Assembly: GCA_039630055.1 (NCBI GenBank)
Contig: JBCNVN010000001.1
Location: 164,746-228,745, forward strand
Origin: Candidatus Caldarchaeales archaeon
GTDB lineage: Archaea; Thermoproteota; Nitrososphaeria_A; Caldarchaeales; Wolframiiraptoraceae
DNA: 64,000 bases
Direction of reading: 5' to 3'
Of the stretch, positions 28,662 through 38,969 are shown piece after piece (the first letter of the stretch is position 1; each line of letters starts with the position of its first letter). Position numbers and translations under genes: made by a program. The notes beneath the pieces were generated by a model. It did no database searches. It worked only from the letters and a program-made list of their open reading frames with translations, and had not been told where the DNA came from.

Positions 28662-29803
28662 GCAAGACTGTAATGGTAAACCTGGAGTTTATGGAGAAAC
28701 TTTCACAACTAACAGCAAATACATCTAATTATTGTTATCAATGTGGAACATGTACCGCCTCATGTCCATTCAATATTCTTAAGCCTGACACGATAAATCC
28801 TAGAAAGATAGTAAGGAGAGCTCTTCTCGGAGTACAGTATGATGATGGAAGCCTTTGGCTCTGCTCTACATGTGGATTATGTGAAGCTAAATGTCCATGG
28901 AGTATAAGGATACCTGAAGTAGTTAGAGCCTTCAGACAGCTTGCGGTAGAGAAAAGAAAGATACCTCAGAAACTAGAAGAGACACTCTGGATGATATATG
29001 AAGATGGAACAGCCTTCCCAGGCTCTAGTGTTGAGAGAGCTTCATGGATTGAGGGGATGAAGATCAAGGATGCCCTAAAAGAGAAGGTTAAGGTCCTACT
29101 ATATGTGGGATGCTTAACATCATTCGATAAGAGACTGCAGAAGATTGCAAAGTCTCTAGCAGCCGTACTAGCTAAAGCAGAAGTAGATTTTGGAATACTA
29201 GGTAGAGAGGAGAGATGCTGTGGAGATGTAGTATACAATATTGGAGAAGAAGCTTTCCTAGAAGAACTGGCCACCCAAAATATTGAGAGATTTAACAGAA
29301 CAGGTGCAGAGAGCATCATTACAATCTCACCCCACTCTGCCCACATGTTTAAGAAGATATATCCAAGATATGGATTAAAAATCCCTGCAATGCATTATAT
29401 CGAGTTTCTAGCAGACCTTATCGAGAGAGATAAGATAAGGTTGGAGAAGCCTGTAAACGGCGTGGTAACAGTACATGATCCATGCTATCTTGGAAGATAT
29501 CTGAAGTTATATGAAGAGCCGAGGAAGATGCTCTCAAACATACCGGGTCTAAAAATCGTTGAGATGAAGGATAACAGGGAGAATACGATATGCTGTGGAA
29601 GTGGAGGTGGAAGACACTTCCTCGAGACCCATGAAGAGAGGCTCAGCCATTACAGGATAGCGCAGGCGGCTGAAACAGAGGCTAAGACCATCGTAGCCCC
29701 ATGCCCCTTCTGCATACAGAACTTTGAAGACAGCATAAAGATAAAGAGACTAGATATGAATGTTAGAGACGTAGTAGAGCTTATCAACCTCTCTGTAAGT
29801 TAA
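28658..29803 (+). CDS. HdrD/GlpC-like Fe-S protein (ferredoxin plus two CCG domains)
   Basis: CYQCGTCTASCP, CSTCGLCEAKCP, CCG twice, HDPCYLGR, PCPFC. Confidence 0.88.
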   Translation: MSKTVMVNLEFMEKLSQLTANTSNYCYQCGTCTASCPFNILKPDTINPRKIVRRALLGVQYDDGSLWLCSTCGLCEAKCPWSIRIPEVVRAFRQLAVEKRKIPQKLEETLWMIYEDGTAFPGSSVERASWIEGMKIKDALKEKVKVLLYVGCLTSFDKRLQKIAKSLAAVLAKAEVDFGILGREERCCGDVVYNIGEEAFLEELATQNIERFNRTGAESIITISPHSAHMFKKIYPRYGLKIPAMHYIEFLADLIERDKIRLEKPVNGVVTVHDPCYLGRYLKLYEEPRKMLSNIPGLKIVEMKDNRENTICCGSGGGRHFLETHEERLSHYRIAQAAETEAKTIVAPCPFCIQNFEDSIKIKRLDMNVRDVVELINLSVS

Positions 29804-29812
29804 GATATAGAG

Positions 29813-30790
29813 ATGATTGGAGATTATTATAGTGGAATATGGGTATTTTTAGAAAGGCGTAGAGACCAGATAGCCGAGCCATCCCTTGAAGTATTGGGAA
29901 AAGCACGACAGCTAGCCGATAAGCATAGAGATGAACTAGTAGGGTTGATAGCTGGCTCTCATAATCTAGATGGTCTCGGCGAACAAGCAATACAGTATGG
30001 AGCCGACAAGGTCTACATAATCGAAGACCCACTACTAGAAGAGTACTCAACTATTCCATTTGCAGAAGCATTATCGAGAACCATCACTAGATATAAGCCG
30101 AATATACTACTTTATCCAGCTACCAGGAATGGTAGAGATCTAGCAGGAAGAATATCTGCAAAGCTCAATCTCGGACTGTCAGCCAACACCGTATGGCTAG
30201 ACATCTTAGAGGATGGATCTCTATTAGCCGGGGTCCCCGGGTTCGGAGGCTCGATAATGGCGGTAACAAAATGTTTAACGAGACCTCAGATGGCCACGGT
30301 GAGACCTGGAGCATTCCCGAAACCCCGTCCAGACTCATCTAGAAAAGGTATAATTGAAAGAGTAGATGTAGGTAAGCTTCCAGAACCTAGAACCGTTGTA
30401 ATAGAGAGGATGACTTTTGAGGTTGAAGATATAAGCAAAGCTGAGATGATAGTTGTTGCTGGCGCAGGCGTTAGAGATAGGGTCGAGATGGTTAAGGAGC
30501 TTGCTGAAGAACTGGGATGGGCATTTGGAGCATCTAGACCCCTCTCAGATGAAGGCCTCGTTCCTAGAGATATCTTTATCGGGGCGACTGGAAAGGTGGT
30601 CAGACCTAAGATCGCATTGATAATAGGTGTTAGCGGTGCAGCTCACTTCATCTCAGGGATAGCTGAAGCAGAGAAGATAATCTCGATAAACATCGACCCG
30701 GAGGCACCTATACACAGCTACTCAGACTACTCGATAGTTGGAGATGGATACAAGATAGTTCCAAAACTCTTAGAGAAGCTAAGGATGTGA
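29813..30790 (+). CDS. etfA: Electron transfer flavoprotein alpha subunit
   Basis: GRDLAGRI, RPQMATVRPG, GASRP, IGATGK, GVSGAAHF. Confidence 0.93.
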   Translation: MIGDYYSGIWVFLERRRDQIAEPSLEVLGKARQLADKHRDELVGLIAGSHNLDGLGEQAIQYGADKVYIIEDPLLEEYSTIPFAEALSRTITRYKPNILLYPATRNGRDLAGRISAKLNLGLSANTVWLDILEDGSLLAGVPGFGGSIMAVTKCLTRPQMATVRPGAFPKPRPDSSRKGIIERVDVGKLPEPRTVVIERMTFEVEDISKAEMIVVAGAGVRDRVEMVKELAEELGWAFGASRPLSDEGLVPRDIFIGATGKVVRPKIALIIGVSGAAHFISGIAEAEKIISINIDPEAPIHSYSDYSIVGDGYKIVPKLLEKLRM

Positions 30791-30796
30791 AGTAAG

Positions 30797-31588
30797 ATGA
30801 TGCATGTGATAGTATGTATGAAGATTACTCCAAAATCTGAACAAGTTAAGCTAGACCCATCGACAAAGACGATAATAAGAGAAGGGGTAGAGAATGAGAT
30901 AAACCCTGCAGATAAGAATGCATTAGAAGCCGCCCTACAACTTAAGGATAAACATAATTGTAAGGTAACCGTGCTTGGGATGGGGCCACCGATCTGGGAA
31001 CCCTTCATGAAGCTGGCGATCGCTATGGGAGCAGATGATGCAGTTCTAGTATCAGATAAAGCTTTTGCAGGAGCAGATACATTAGCGACTAGTAGAACAC
31101 TGGCAGAAGCAATAAAGAAGATAGGAGAATATCATATAATATTGTGTGGAGAAGAGTCTAGTGATGCTGGAACAGGTCACGTCCCCCCAAGCATCGCAGA
31201 GTTCCTAAACATACCCCAGATAACCTACGTTAATAGTGTTGAGATAGTTGATGGTAAGATTAGAGCGAAGAGAGTGCTTGAAGGAGCATATGAAGTCCTA
31301 GAATGTGGCCCTCCAGTTCTACTATCTATCGAGTATGGATCTAATACACCGCGATTTCCTGATTTTAGAAGAAAGAGATGGGCGGATAAAGAATTCAAGC
31401 TTAAAGTCTTGAGTATAAAGGATCTACAACTTAACGAGGAGGAGGTAGGGTTGAAGGGAAGCAGAAGTATCGTAGAAGAATTGAGAGAGATGGGTTTGAA
31501 AGAGAGGGCTAGACAGAAGATTACAGGGTCGGAGGATGAGATCGTATCCCAGATACTTGACATCATCAGGCCATACATCAAAAAGTAA
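30797..31588 (+). CDS. etfB: Electron transfer flavoprotein beta subunit
   Basis: VIVCMK, INPADKNALE, MGP, AMGAD, AGADTLAT, DAGTGHV. Confidence 0.93.
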   Translation: MMHVIVCMKITPKSEQVKLDPSTKTIIREGVENEINPADKNALEAALQLKDKHNCKVTVLGMGPPIWEPFMKLAIAMGADDAVLVSDKAFAGADTLATSRTLAEAIKKIGEYHIILCGEESSDAGTGHVPPSIAEFLNIPQITYVNSVEIVDGKIRAKRVLEGAYEVLECGPPVLLSIEYGSNTPRFPDFRRKRWADKEFKLKVLSIKDLQLNEEEVGLKGSRSIVEELREMGLKERARQKITGSEDEIVSQILDIIRPYIKK

Positions 31589-31618
31589 GATAAGACATAA
31601 TAATTCCAAACCTCATAT

Positions 31619-32326
31619 TTGTATCTGGACGATATGCATAATCAGACCATCATAGTGGTATGGGAAGGAGTGGAGGGAGCTGGGAAGACAACCCTTCTAA
31701 AGAAGACTTCAGAGATCTTAGAATCGATGAATCTTAAAACTATATCTTATAAGACTCCAAGCGATACACCAACTGGAGTATTTGCAAAGAAGTATGGGAA
31801 TAGGCTTGAGATCGACCATCTGACCCGAATGCTCCTATTCTTGGCCAATACATCTGACGACTCAGCCAGAATGAAGAAAGATATAGAACTCAACAATCCC
31901 GACTACTACTTCATAGATAGATACTACTTATGCTCTATAGTTTATGGATTTGCACTATCTAGATCGAGGGGAGAAGATGTTGGAGAAATAGAGCTTATAC
32001 AGATGATCAACCTAATCGAGAAGGCTGGATCAAAGATCTTGTTGAAACCCGATATCTACGTTATAGTTGATGTTGTAGAAGAGGATAGGAGGAGAAGATT
32101 GGAAGGTAGAGGGGAACAGAAAAGTATTGTAAGTATGGAAGATGTGATAGAGCAGGATACGACTCTACAGGATTTTGTCAGAGGATTCTATAGGGTCCTC
32201 TACGAAACTGGTAAGATGAGATTGATCTGGATAGAGAATGTTGAGGGAAGGTTGGAAGAGGCCGCCTGGAAGGTAGTCAATGAGTTATTGGAATTGAGGA
32301 AGTCTTACATAACATCTTTAAGCTAG
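31619..32326 (+). CDS. tmk: Thymidylate kinase
   Basis: EGVEGAGKTT P-loop, LLFLA, IDRY..S, PD motifs. Confidence 0.82.
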   Translation: MYLDDMHNQTIIVVWEGVEGAGKTTLLKKTSEILESMNLKTISYKTPSDTPTGVFAKKYGNRLEIDHLTRMLLFLANTSDDSARMKKDIELNNPDYYFIDRYYLCSIVYGFALSRSRGEDVGEIELIQMINLIEKAGSKILLKPDIYVIVDVVEEDRRRRLEGRGEQKSIVSMEDVIEQDTTLQDFVRGFYRVLYETGKMRLIWIENVEGRLEEAAWKVVNELLELRKSYITSLS

Positions 32327-32343
32327 ATGGAAGAATATGGAGG

Positions 32344-32922
32344 ATGATGGCTGAGCTAACTAGAACATTCATCGCGGTAGACTTTGATAATCCACTCATA
32401 ATCAGTAGAGTTCAAGATATTCAGAGAGAGTTGAGAAGTTCGGGGATAGTGGCTAAGGATGTTGAGCCTGAAAACCTCCATCTTACACTTTGGTTCTTTG
32501 GAGAGGTAACACAAGAGAAGCTTAGGATCTTGATGGAGGAAGTAAGAAAGATCAGCTTCAAACAATTCGAGTTGATGGTTAGAGGGCTCAGATACTTTCC
32601 AGGAGGAGATAGGATAAATGTCCTCTGGATAGGGGTTGAAGATAGACAAGACATGCTGAGAAATATTCTCGACCAGTTGGTGAACAATCTTAAAAAGAAG
32701 GGTTTTAAATATGATGAGAGAGGTTTCACACCCCATCTCACAATAGCCAGAGTAAAATATATCCAAGATAAGCAGAAAGCTCTCAAAACTATTCAGAATC
32801 TGAGCGATGTTGATTTAGGTGTTCAGATAGTATCATCGGTAAAACTTAAGAAGAGTGTATTAACGAGCAGAGGCCCCATCTATAGTGACCTTCTAGTCGT
32901 GGAGGCTGAGAAGAATCCTTGA
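32344..32922 (+). CDS. thpR: RNA 2',3'-cyclic phosphodiesterase (2H family)
   Basis: RTFIAV; two HLT motifs (NLHLTL, PHLTIAR). Confidence 0.93.
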   Translation: MMAELTRTFIAVDFDNPLIISRVQDIQRELRSSGIVAKDVEPENLHLTLWFFGEVTQEKLRILMEEVRKISFKQFELMVRGLRYFPGGDRINVLWIGVEDRQDMLRNILDQLVNNLKKKGFKYDERGFTPHLTIARVKYIQDKQKALKTIQNLSDVDLGVQIVSSVKLKKSVLTSRGPIYSDLLVVEAEKNP

Positions 32923-34307
32923 ACATAGACGATGTAATAGATGAGGCTCTCAAGATATATAAACCCTCTAAAGAAGAAGAAGATCATCTTCTCATGATAG
33001 CGGATAAAATAATTAGAGGAGTTGAAGAAGAAGCCTCAAGATACAGAGGTATACTCAAGATATCTCTAGAAGGCTCGCTTGCGAAGGGGACATGGATTAG
33101 AGGTAGAGAAGAAGTCGATATATTCGTCCATTTTGATCCTAGGAAACCACGAGAAGAGATGGAGGATGAGATAATCGAGTTAGGATTCAAGGTCTTGAAG
33201 AATTTAGATGGAGAACCTAGGCTTATGTACGCCGATCACCCATACGTGGAGAGCAGGATAAACAATATCATAGTAAATATTGTTGCATGTTATAGTACTG
33301 AGCCATCTAAATGGATAAGCGCAACAGATAGAACACCCTATCATACAAGATATATTCTCGAGAAGATGGATGAAAATCTAAGAGATGATGTAAGATTGAT
33401 GAAAGCCTTCATGGTTGGGTGTAAAATATATGGAGCAGAGATAAAGATCAGAGGTTTCAGCGGCTACCTTACAGAGCTACTTACACTAAACTATAGAGGC
33501 TTCAAAAATAGTCTTGAAGCAATATCCAGATGGAAACCTCCAATAATAATAGATATAGAGAGGAACTTTACCTCTGTTGAAGAAGTATCTAGTCTATTTC
33601 CAAAACAACCCTTAATCGTGATAGATCCAGTTGATAAGTTTAGGAACGTGGCCTCAGCGGTATCAGAGGAGAAACTATACGAGCTTATACTCGCCTCAAA
33701 ACTCTTTCTAAGGTCTCCAAGTCTAAAATTCTTTACTGTAGAGGAGCATCACCCTAAATCATCCATACTAAAGAAGATGGTGAAAAATAGGTCTTTCATT
33801 GCGTTATTCTTCAAGTTATCAAAGTGGAAGCCTCCAGACATCTTGTGGGGAGAGATCAAGAAGAGTGAAAGAGGAATTAGAAGAGCACTTGAGAAAAATG
33901 GTGTTAAGGTTTACAGGTCTGCCTCTTGGACAGATGAAGAGAAGAAATGTCTGATAATACTTGAGCTAGAATCTAACATGCTCCCAAGTTTAGAAGTTCA
34001 TGAAGGTCCACCCGTAGACCATCCCAACTCTCTAGAATTCTTAGACAAGTGGAAAAATAGAAAAGATAAGATTGCAGGTCCATGGATACATGGATCGAGA
34101 CTATACATTCTTAGGCTTAGGAAGATAACTGAAGTCAAAAAAATATTGAGGAGAGAGATTGATGGGGATAGAGTTGCGTTGGCTAAGGGGTTAGCAGAAG
34201 ATATTAAGAAAGGTAGGATCTTCACATCTATAGAGAGATTGGTTAGATATGATCAGCTTTCCACATTCATCTACGAATTTCTAAATGCTCATCCTCCCTA
34301 CTTATAA
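32919..34307 (+). CDS. cca: Archaeal (class I) CCA-adding enzyme
   Basis: GSLAKGTW...VDIF, YADHPY, DRTPYHT, GFSGYLTELL, DPVD..RNVA. Confidence 0.95.
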   Translation: MNIDDVIDEALKIYKPSKEEEDHLLMIADKIIRGVEEEASRYRGILKISLEGSLAKGTWIRGREEVDIFVHFDPRKPREEMEDEIIELGFKVLKNLDGEPRLMYADHPYVESRINNIIVNIVACYSTEPSKWISATDRTPYHTRYILEKMDENLRDDVRLMKAFMVGCKIYGAEIKIRGFSGYLTELLTLNYRGFKNSLEAISRWKPPIIIDIERNFTSVEEVSSLFPKQPLIVIDPVDKFRNVASAVSEEKLYELILASKLFLRSPSLKFFTVEEHHPKSSILKKMVKNRSFIALFFKLSKWKPPDILWGEIKKSERGIRRALEKNGVKVYRSASWTDEEKKCLIILELESNMLPSLEVHEGPPVDHPNSLEFLDKWKNRKDKIAGPWIHGSRLYILRLRKITEVKKILRREIDGDRVALAKGLAEDIKKGRIFTSIERLVRYDQLSTFIYEFLNAHPPYL

Positions 34308-34362
34308 TCATGTTTCTCAAGACGAATCTAGAAGATGATGAAGCATTTCCCATAGGCAGAGA

Positions 34363-35139
34363 GTGATGATGGAGGAGAACATCGAGTCGAGTATACGCCT
34401 TAGAGATTTATGGGATAGGAGAGACCTTATAGTCCAACTGGCTTATCCATCACAAGAGATAGAGTATGCATCATCAATACTTAGAGAACTTGAATCACTT
34501 CAAGTTGACTCGATCTTCATCGTTAAAGATACTAAAACATCTTTAAAACTTCTTGGAAAAGGATATAGAGGAATCGTGCTGAAAGCCTCGTATAATGATA
34601 CTATCTCTACCGTCAAGATACTTAGAACCGATTCGAGTGTATCCTCTATGTATAGAGAAGCTGAGATGATGATGCTCGCTAACTCTAAAAATATTGGACC
34701 AAAAATATATGCTTTTTCTAAGCACGTAATACTGATGGAATACATAGATGGAGTAAGTTTTGATGCATGGTTGGATAATCTCGATGAGAATGATGAAGGT
34801 TCTCTTAGAAGAATTCTGAAGACCATCTTGGAGCAAGCTAGAAGACTAGATGAGATAAATCTTGATCATGGAGAGCTGAGCAATCCGAGAAGACACGTAA
34901 TGATAAGAAAAACGGGTTCAGCAGTAATACTAGACTTCGGTAAGGCGAGCCTAACCTCCAAGCCTAAAAATGTTACTTCACTCTTTAGCTACATATCTCA
35001 TGGAAAGCATCATAGAAAGATTATGAGAATGTTACATCTAGTAGATATACCCAGACATGTCATTAGAGAATATAAAGAAAATCCAACTAGAGAAAGATTT
35101 GAAGAGATCATAAAAATCCTAAACCTGTTGGATAGATAG
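34363..35139 (+). CDS. RIO/Bud32-like Ser/Thr protein kinase
   Basis: LLGKGYRGIV, VKI, MEYIDG, HGELSN, ILDFG. Confidence 0.85.
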   Translation: MMMEENIESSIRLRDLWDRRDLIVQLAYPSQEIEYASSILRELESLQVDSIFIVKDTKTSLKLLGKGYRGIVLKASYNDTISTVKILRTDSSVSSMYREAEMMMLANSKNIGPKIYAFSKHVILMEYIDGVSFDAWLDNLDENDEGSLRRILKTILEQARRLDEINLDHGELSNPRRHVMIRKTGSAVILDFGKASLTSKPKNVTSLFSYISHGKHHRKIMRMLHLVDIPRHVIREYKENPTRERFEEIIKILNLLDR

Positions 35140-35208
35140 TCCTATCCAAGAAGATTAGATTATGTTTTTATATCATTCTTCATGAAATAGTCTTAGAATA
35201 TCGTAAGC

Positions 35209-35931
35209 GTGTTAGCGATGTTTAAAGAAGAGATAAGAGAGAGGATCTGGAGGATTCTAGAGGAAGAGGGAGTCGCTAGATTTCCCAGACCTGTACATGG
35301 TAGGATTCCCAATTTTGAAGGAGCCGAGATTGCTGGAAGAAGGATCACGGAGCTTGATGAGTTTAAGAAGGCTTACGTAGTCAAGGTTAGCCCAGACTCT
35401 CCCCAATACATCATCCGTTTAACATGTTTAAAGCATGGGAAGACCCTCATAATGCCTACGCCTAGGTTGAAGGAGGGATTCCTACTACTAGACCCATCGA
35501 GAATCCCTGAAAAATATTATGATAAAGCTGCGACCATTAGAGGAGCATTCACATTTGGAGAAAAGATAGATCCTGTGAAGCTTCCTGAGATAGATTTTAT
35601 AACGGTTGGCTCGGTAGCTGTAGGTAGAGATGGTTCAAGGATCGGGAAAGGAGAAGGATATAGTGAGTTAGAATATGCGATCTTAAGAGAATATGGAAAA
35701 ATAGATGAGAAGGTTCTCGTTACCACGAATGTACATGATCTCCAAGTTCTCGAGAATTTGCCGCAAGACCCATTCGATGTCCCGGTTGATATAATTGCTA
35801 CACCGAGTAGATTGATCCGGGTGACTGAGAAAAGACCTAAACCTACAGGTATAATCTGGAGTATGTTAGATGATGATAAGCTTAGAGAGATACCCCTACT
35901 TAGATCTATGAAGAGTAGAGGAAGGTTGTAA
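35209..35931 (+). CDS. 5-formyltetrahydrofolate cyclo-ligase family protein (MTHFSD-like)
   Basis: [43 protein letters not shown]. Confidence 0.9.
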   Translation: MLAMFKEEIRERIWRILEEEGVARFPRPVHGRIPNFEGAEIAGRRITELDEFKKAYVVKVSPDSPQYIIRLTCLKHGKTLIMPTPRLKEGFLLLDPSRIPEKYYDKAATIRGAFTFGEKIDPVKLPEIDFITVGSVAVGRDGSRIGKGEGYSELEYAILREYGKIDEKVLVTTNVHDLQVLENLPQDPFDVPVDIIATPSRLIRVTEKRPKPTGIIWSMLDDDKLREIPLLRSMKSRGRL

Positions 35932-35957
35932 TCATTCATCTACTAGAGTATCGTATG

Positions 35958-36470
35958 CTAGTAGGCTGTAACGCTCTTTACACTAGGTATCTTCAACATC
36001 TTATTTACACCTTCACCTGAGAGAGGCTTATCTAATATAAGTATGAGCTTAGGCTCTGGGAAGAGTTCAGGATCCTCAGCGACTGCTTGTCTAATAGATA
36101 TCTTCTCATCAGCGATTATCTTTGCTGCTCCTGCAAGTATCCCAGCAGCACTTGGATCAGCTCTAATCTCTACAACATAGTATCCAAGCTCTTTTGCTAT
36201 AGGTACGAGAAGAGCCCCGGCAGGCTTAATCCCTGTAAAGATCTTCCTAAGCTCGTTATCCGCTAATATGTATTCAACTGTCTTTCTTACTATCCTTCTA
36301 TCTACCCCGGCTGCTCTAGCTATAGATGCATCAGGTATCTCTACAGACCCGATCGTTATCTTACCATCTTCAGTTACTCCAACCCCATACTCAATCATGA
36401 TCCTTATTACCTTGAGTCTAGCGGGAAAATCCTTCAATTTACTTGATATCTTTCGCCACATACCCCACAT
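35958..36470 (-). CDS. Archaeal ACT-domain amino-acid-binding regulator
   Basis: IARAAGVDRRIV HTH-like segment, GILA and ISIRQAVAEDPEL ACT motifs. Confidence 0.85.
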   Translation of the reverse strand: MWGMWRKISSKLKDFPARLKVIRIMIEYGVGVTEDGKITIGSVEIPDASIARAAGVDRRIVRKTVEYILADNELRKIFTGIKPAGALLVPIAKELGYYVVEIRADPSAAGILAGAAKIIADEKISIRQAVAEDPELFPEPKLILILDKPLSGEGVNKMLKIPSVKSVTAY

Positions 36471-36543
36471 ATATTCTTGATTGTATAGTTATATGCATTC
36501 CTCTACCATTTTTGCGTTTTTATACTGAACCTAAGGTATAAAT

Positions 36544-37977
36544 ATGAGCTTTGACGCTAATTTTAGTACAGTGATGTATATGATCAAGAAGGTTTTACTA
36601 ACAGAAGACGAGATTCCTAAACAGTGGTACAATATCTTACCAGACCTTCCGAAACCACTCCCTCCACCCATAGACCCATCCACTAGAGAGCCAATCCAGC
36701 CTAAGAAGCTTGAAGCGATATTTCCAAAAGCATTGATCCAGCAAGAACTCTCACAGGATAGATGGATACCTATTCCCGATGAAGTCAGAGAGGCGTATAG
36801 GTTATGGAGACCGACACCGCTGTATAGGGCTACCAGATTGGAGAAGGCTCTTAAAACTCCTGCAAGGATATACTATAAGTATGAAGGGGTCAGCCCACCC
36901 GGCTCGCATAAACCGAATACCGCTATAGCTCAAGCATACTATAATCTGAAGGAAGGTGTAGAAGTTTTGACTACTGAGACAGGGGCTGGACAGTGGGGAT
37001 CAGCTCTAGCCTTCGCTACCAATCTATTCAATATGAAAGCGAGGATATACATGGTCAAGGTAAGCTATGAGCAGAAGCCTTACAGAAAGATTATGATGGA
37101 GGCTTGGGGTGCAGAGGTTATTCCGAGCCCGAGCAATATGACGAGGGTTGGAAGATCGATATTGGAGAAAGACCCGAATAATCCGGGAAGCCTAGGTATA
37201 GCTATAAGTGAAGCGATCGAGGATGCAGTTACCCATGAAGGCGTAAAATACTCTCTTGGAAGCGTATTGAACCATGTATTACTTCATCAGACAGTTCAAG
37301 GACTAGAAGCTAAAAAACAGTTAGAATCCATAGATGAGTATCCAGACATTATTGCTGGATGCGTCGGTGGAGGAAGTAGCTTCTCAGGATTATTCTGGCC
37401 ATTCTACTATGATGTAGTCTCTGGAAAGGCTCCGAAGAAGATTAGATTTGTTGCTACAGAGCCTACCGCTTGTCCAACTATGACCAAAGGAATCTACACC
37501 TACGATTTCGGCGACACTGCTAAATTAACCCCCCTACTCCCGATGTACACTTTAGGATCCGATTTTATTCCAGCCCCGATCCATGCGGGAGGTCTTAGAT
37601 ACCATGGAGACGCTCCAACCTTATGTCTACTTCTGAGAGAGGGGGTCATAGAGCCTTTCGCATATGATCAGGTCTCGGTATTTGATGCAGCTACCCTATT
37701 CGCTAAGACAGAAGGGATCATACCGGCTCCAGAACCATCCCACACGATAAAATTTGTGATCGATGAGGCTTTAAGAGCTAAACAAGAAAACTTAGAAGAG
37801 GTTATCTTATTTAACTTATGTGGCCACGGATACTTCGACCTTAAAGCATATGAAGAATACTTCAATGGAAACCTTAAGCCTTATCACTATCCTGAAGAGA
37901 TGATAGAGAAATCTATACAAAAGCTTATAAATGAGCTTCCATGGATAAAAGACCTACCCTACATTAAAGTTAAGTAG
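36544..37977 (+). CDS. trpB2: Tryptophan synthase beta chain, type 2 (TrpB2)
   Basis: [16 protein letters not shown] (PLP Lys), [31 protein letters not shown]; start is probably at 36573-36580. Confidence 0.95.
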   Translation: MSFDANFSTVMYMIKKVLLTEDEIPKQWYNILPDLPKPLPPPIDPSTREPIQPKKLEAIFPKALIQQELSQDRWIPIPDEVREAYRLWRPTPLYRATRLEKALKTPARIYYKYEGVSPPGSHKPNTAIAQAYYNLKEGVEVLTTETGAGQWGSALAFATNLFNMKARIYMVKVSYEQKPYRKIMMEAWGAEVIPSPSNMTRVGRSILEKDPNNPGSLGIAISEAIEDAVTHEGVKYSLGSVLNHVLLHQTVQGLEAKKQLESIDEYPDIIAGCVGGGSSFSGLFWPFYYDVVSGKAPKKIRFVATEPTACPTMTKGIYTYDFGDTAKLTPLLPMYTLGSDFIPAPIHAGGLRYHGDAPTLCLLLREGVIEPFAYDQVSVFDAATLFAKTEGIIPAPEPSHTIKFVIDEALRAKQENLEEVILFNLCGHGYFDLKAYEEYFNGNLKPYHYPEEMIEKSIQKLINELPWIKDLPYIKVK

Positions 37978-37992
37978 TAGCTTTTATGGAAT

Positions 37993-38967
37993 ATGTTAAA
38001 GGTTAGGAGGTGTTCGATATTTCAGATAAGGGTCTTAATTACGGACAGACTACATGAAGATGCCATAAGACTCTTATCTAGCTATAATGGTATAAAGTTC
38101 GACTATAAACCCGATATCTCTAGAGATGAACTGTACAGGCTAATCGGAGAATATGATGGATTAGTAGTTAGAAGTAGAACAAAAGTGACTAGAGAGGTCT
38201 TGGAGAGGGCTGACAAGCTAAAAGTTATCGTAAGAGCTGGAAGCGGGCTAGACAATATCGATTTAGACACAGCCTGTAGACTCAATATTAAAGTTTTAAA
38301 TACCCCTGAATCCGTAGCATCATCCGTCGCAGAATTAACTTTAGGTTTAATAATAATGCTATCCCGCAGACTCTACAAGGCTGTAGAATCATTAAAGAAA
38401 GGTGAATGGTTGAAGAATCAATTAGTAGGATCTGAATTAAGGGATAAGAAGATAGGGATTATAGGAGTAGGAAATGTCGGTAGAAGAGTTGCTGAGCTAG
38501 CGGCAGCCTTCAAGATGAAGCCGTTGCTCAACGATATAATCACAATAGATGGAGAATTTGTAGAAAAAGTAGATGGAGAGATTGTAGATCTTGAAACACT
38601 CTTAAGAGAATCCGATTACGTCTCTCTACACCTACCACTAAATAATTCAACTAGACGAATGATCAGAGAACCAGAGTTTAAGCTTATGAAAAAGACGGCT
38701 TTCTTCATAAATACCGCTCGTGCAGAGATAGTAGACTCAGAAGCTCTATATAAAGCTCTGATAGAAGGATGGATCGCGGGAGCAGCATTAGATGTCTATG
38801 AAGTTGAACCTCCAATAGACTTAAAACTTCTCAAGCTTGAGAATGTCATCTGTACACCTCACATAGGTGCACAGACTGAAGAAGCAGGGAGGAAAGCATC
38901 TATTCAAGCTATCAAGCTTGCATCATCATATCTATTGGAAGATGTTTGCAGTAGTGGGGTGGAATAA
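37993..38967 (+). CDS. serA: D-3-phosphoglycerate dehydrogenase / D-2-hydroxyacid dehydrogenase
   Basis: VVRSRTKVT, RAGSGLDNID, GVGNVG, INTAR, LDVYEVEP, TPHIGAQT. Confidence 0.85.
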   Translation: MLKVRRCSIFQIRVLITDRLHEDAIRLLSSYNGIKFDYKPDISRDELYRLIGEYDGLVVRSRTKVTREVLERADKLKVIVRAGSGLDNIDLDTACRLNIKVLNTPESVASSVAELTLGLIIMLSRRLYKAVESLKKGEWLKNQLVGSELRDKKIGIIGVGNVGRRVAELAAAFKMKPLLNDIITIDGEFVEKVDGEIVDLETLLRESDYVSLHLPLNNSTRRMIREPEFKLMKKTAFFINTARAEIVDSEALYKALIEGWIAGAALDVYEVEPPIDLKLLKLENVICTPHIGAQTEEAGRKASIQAIKLASSYLLEDVCSSGVE

Positions 38968-38969
38968 GA

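Noticed and set aside
25254-29803. Evidence for methanogenesis or selenocysteine recoding
   Set aside because: Hdr-like proteins are widespread in non-methanogens, no mcr/mtr genes are in the window, and the frames contain no in-frame TGA
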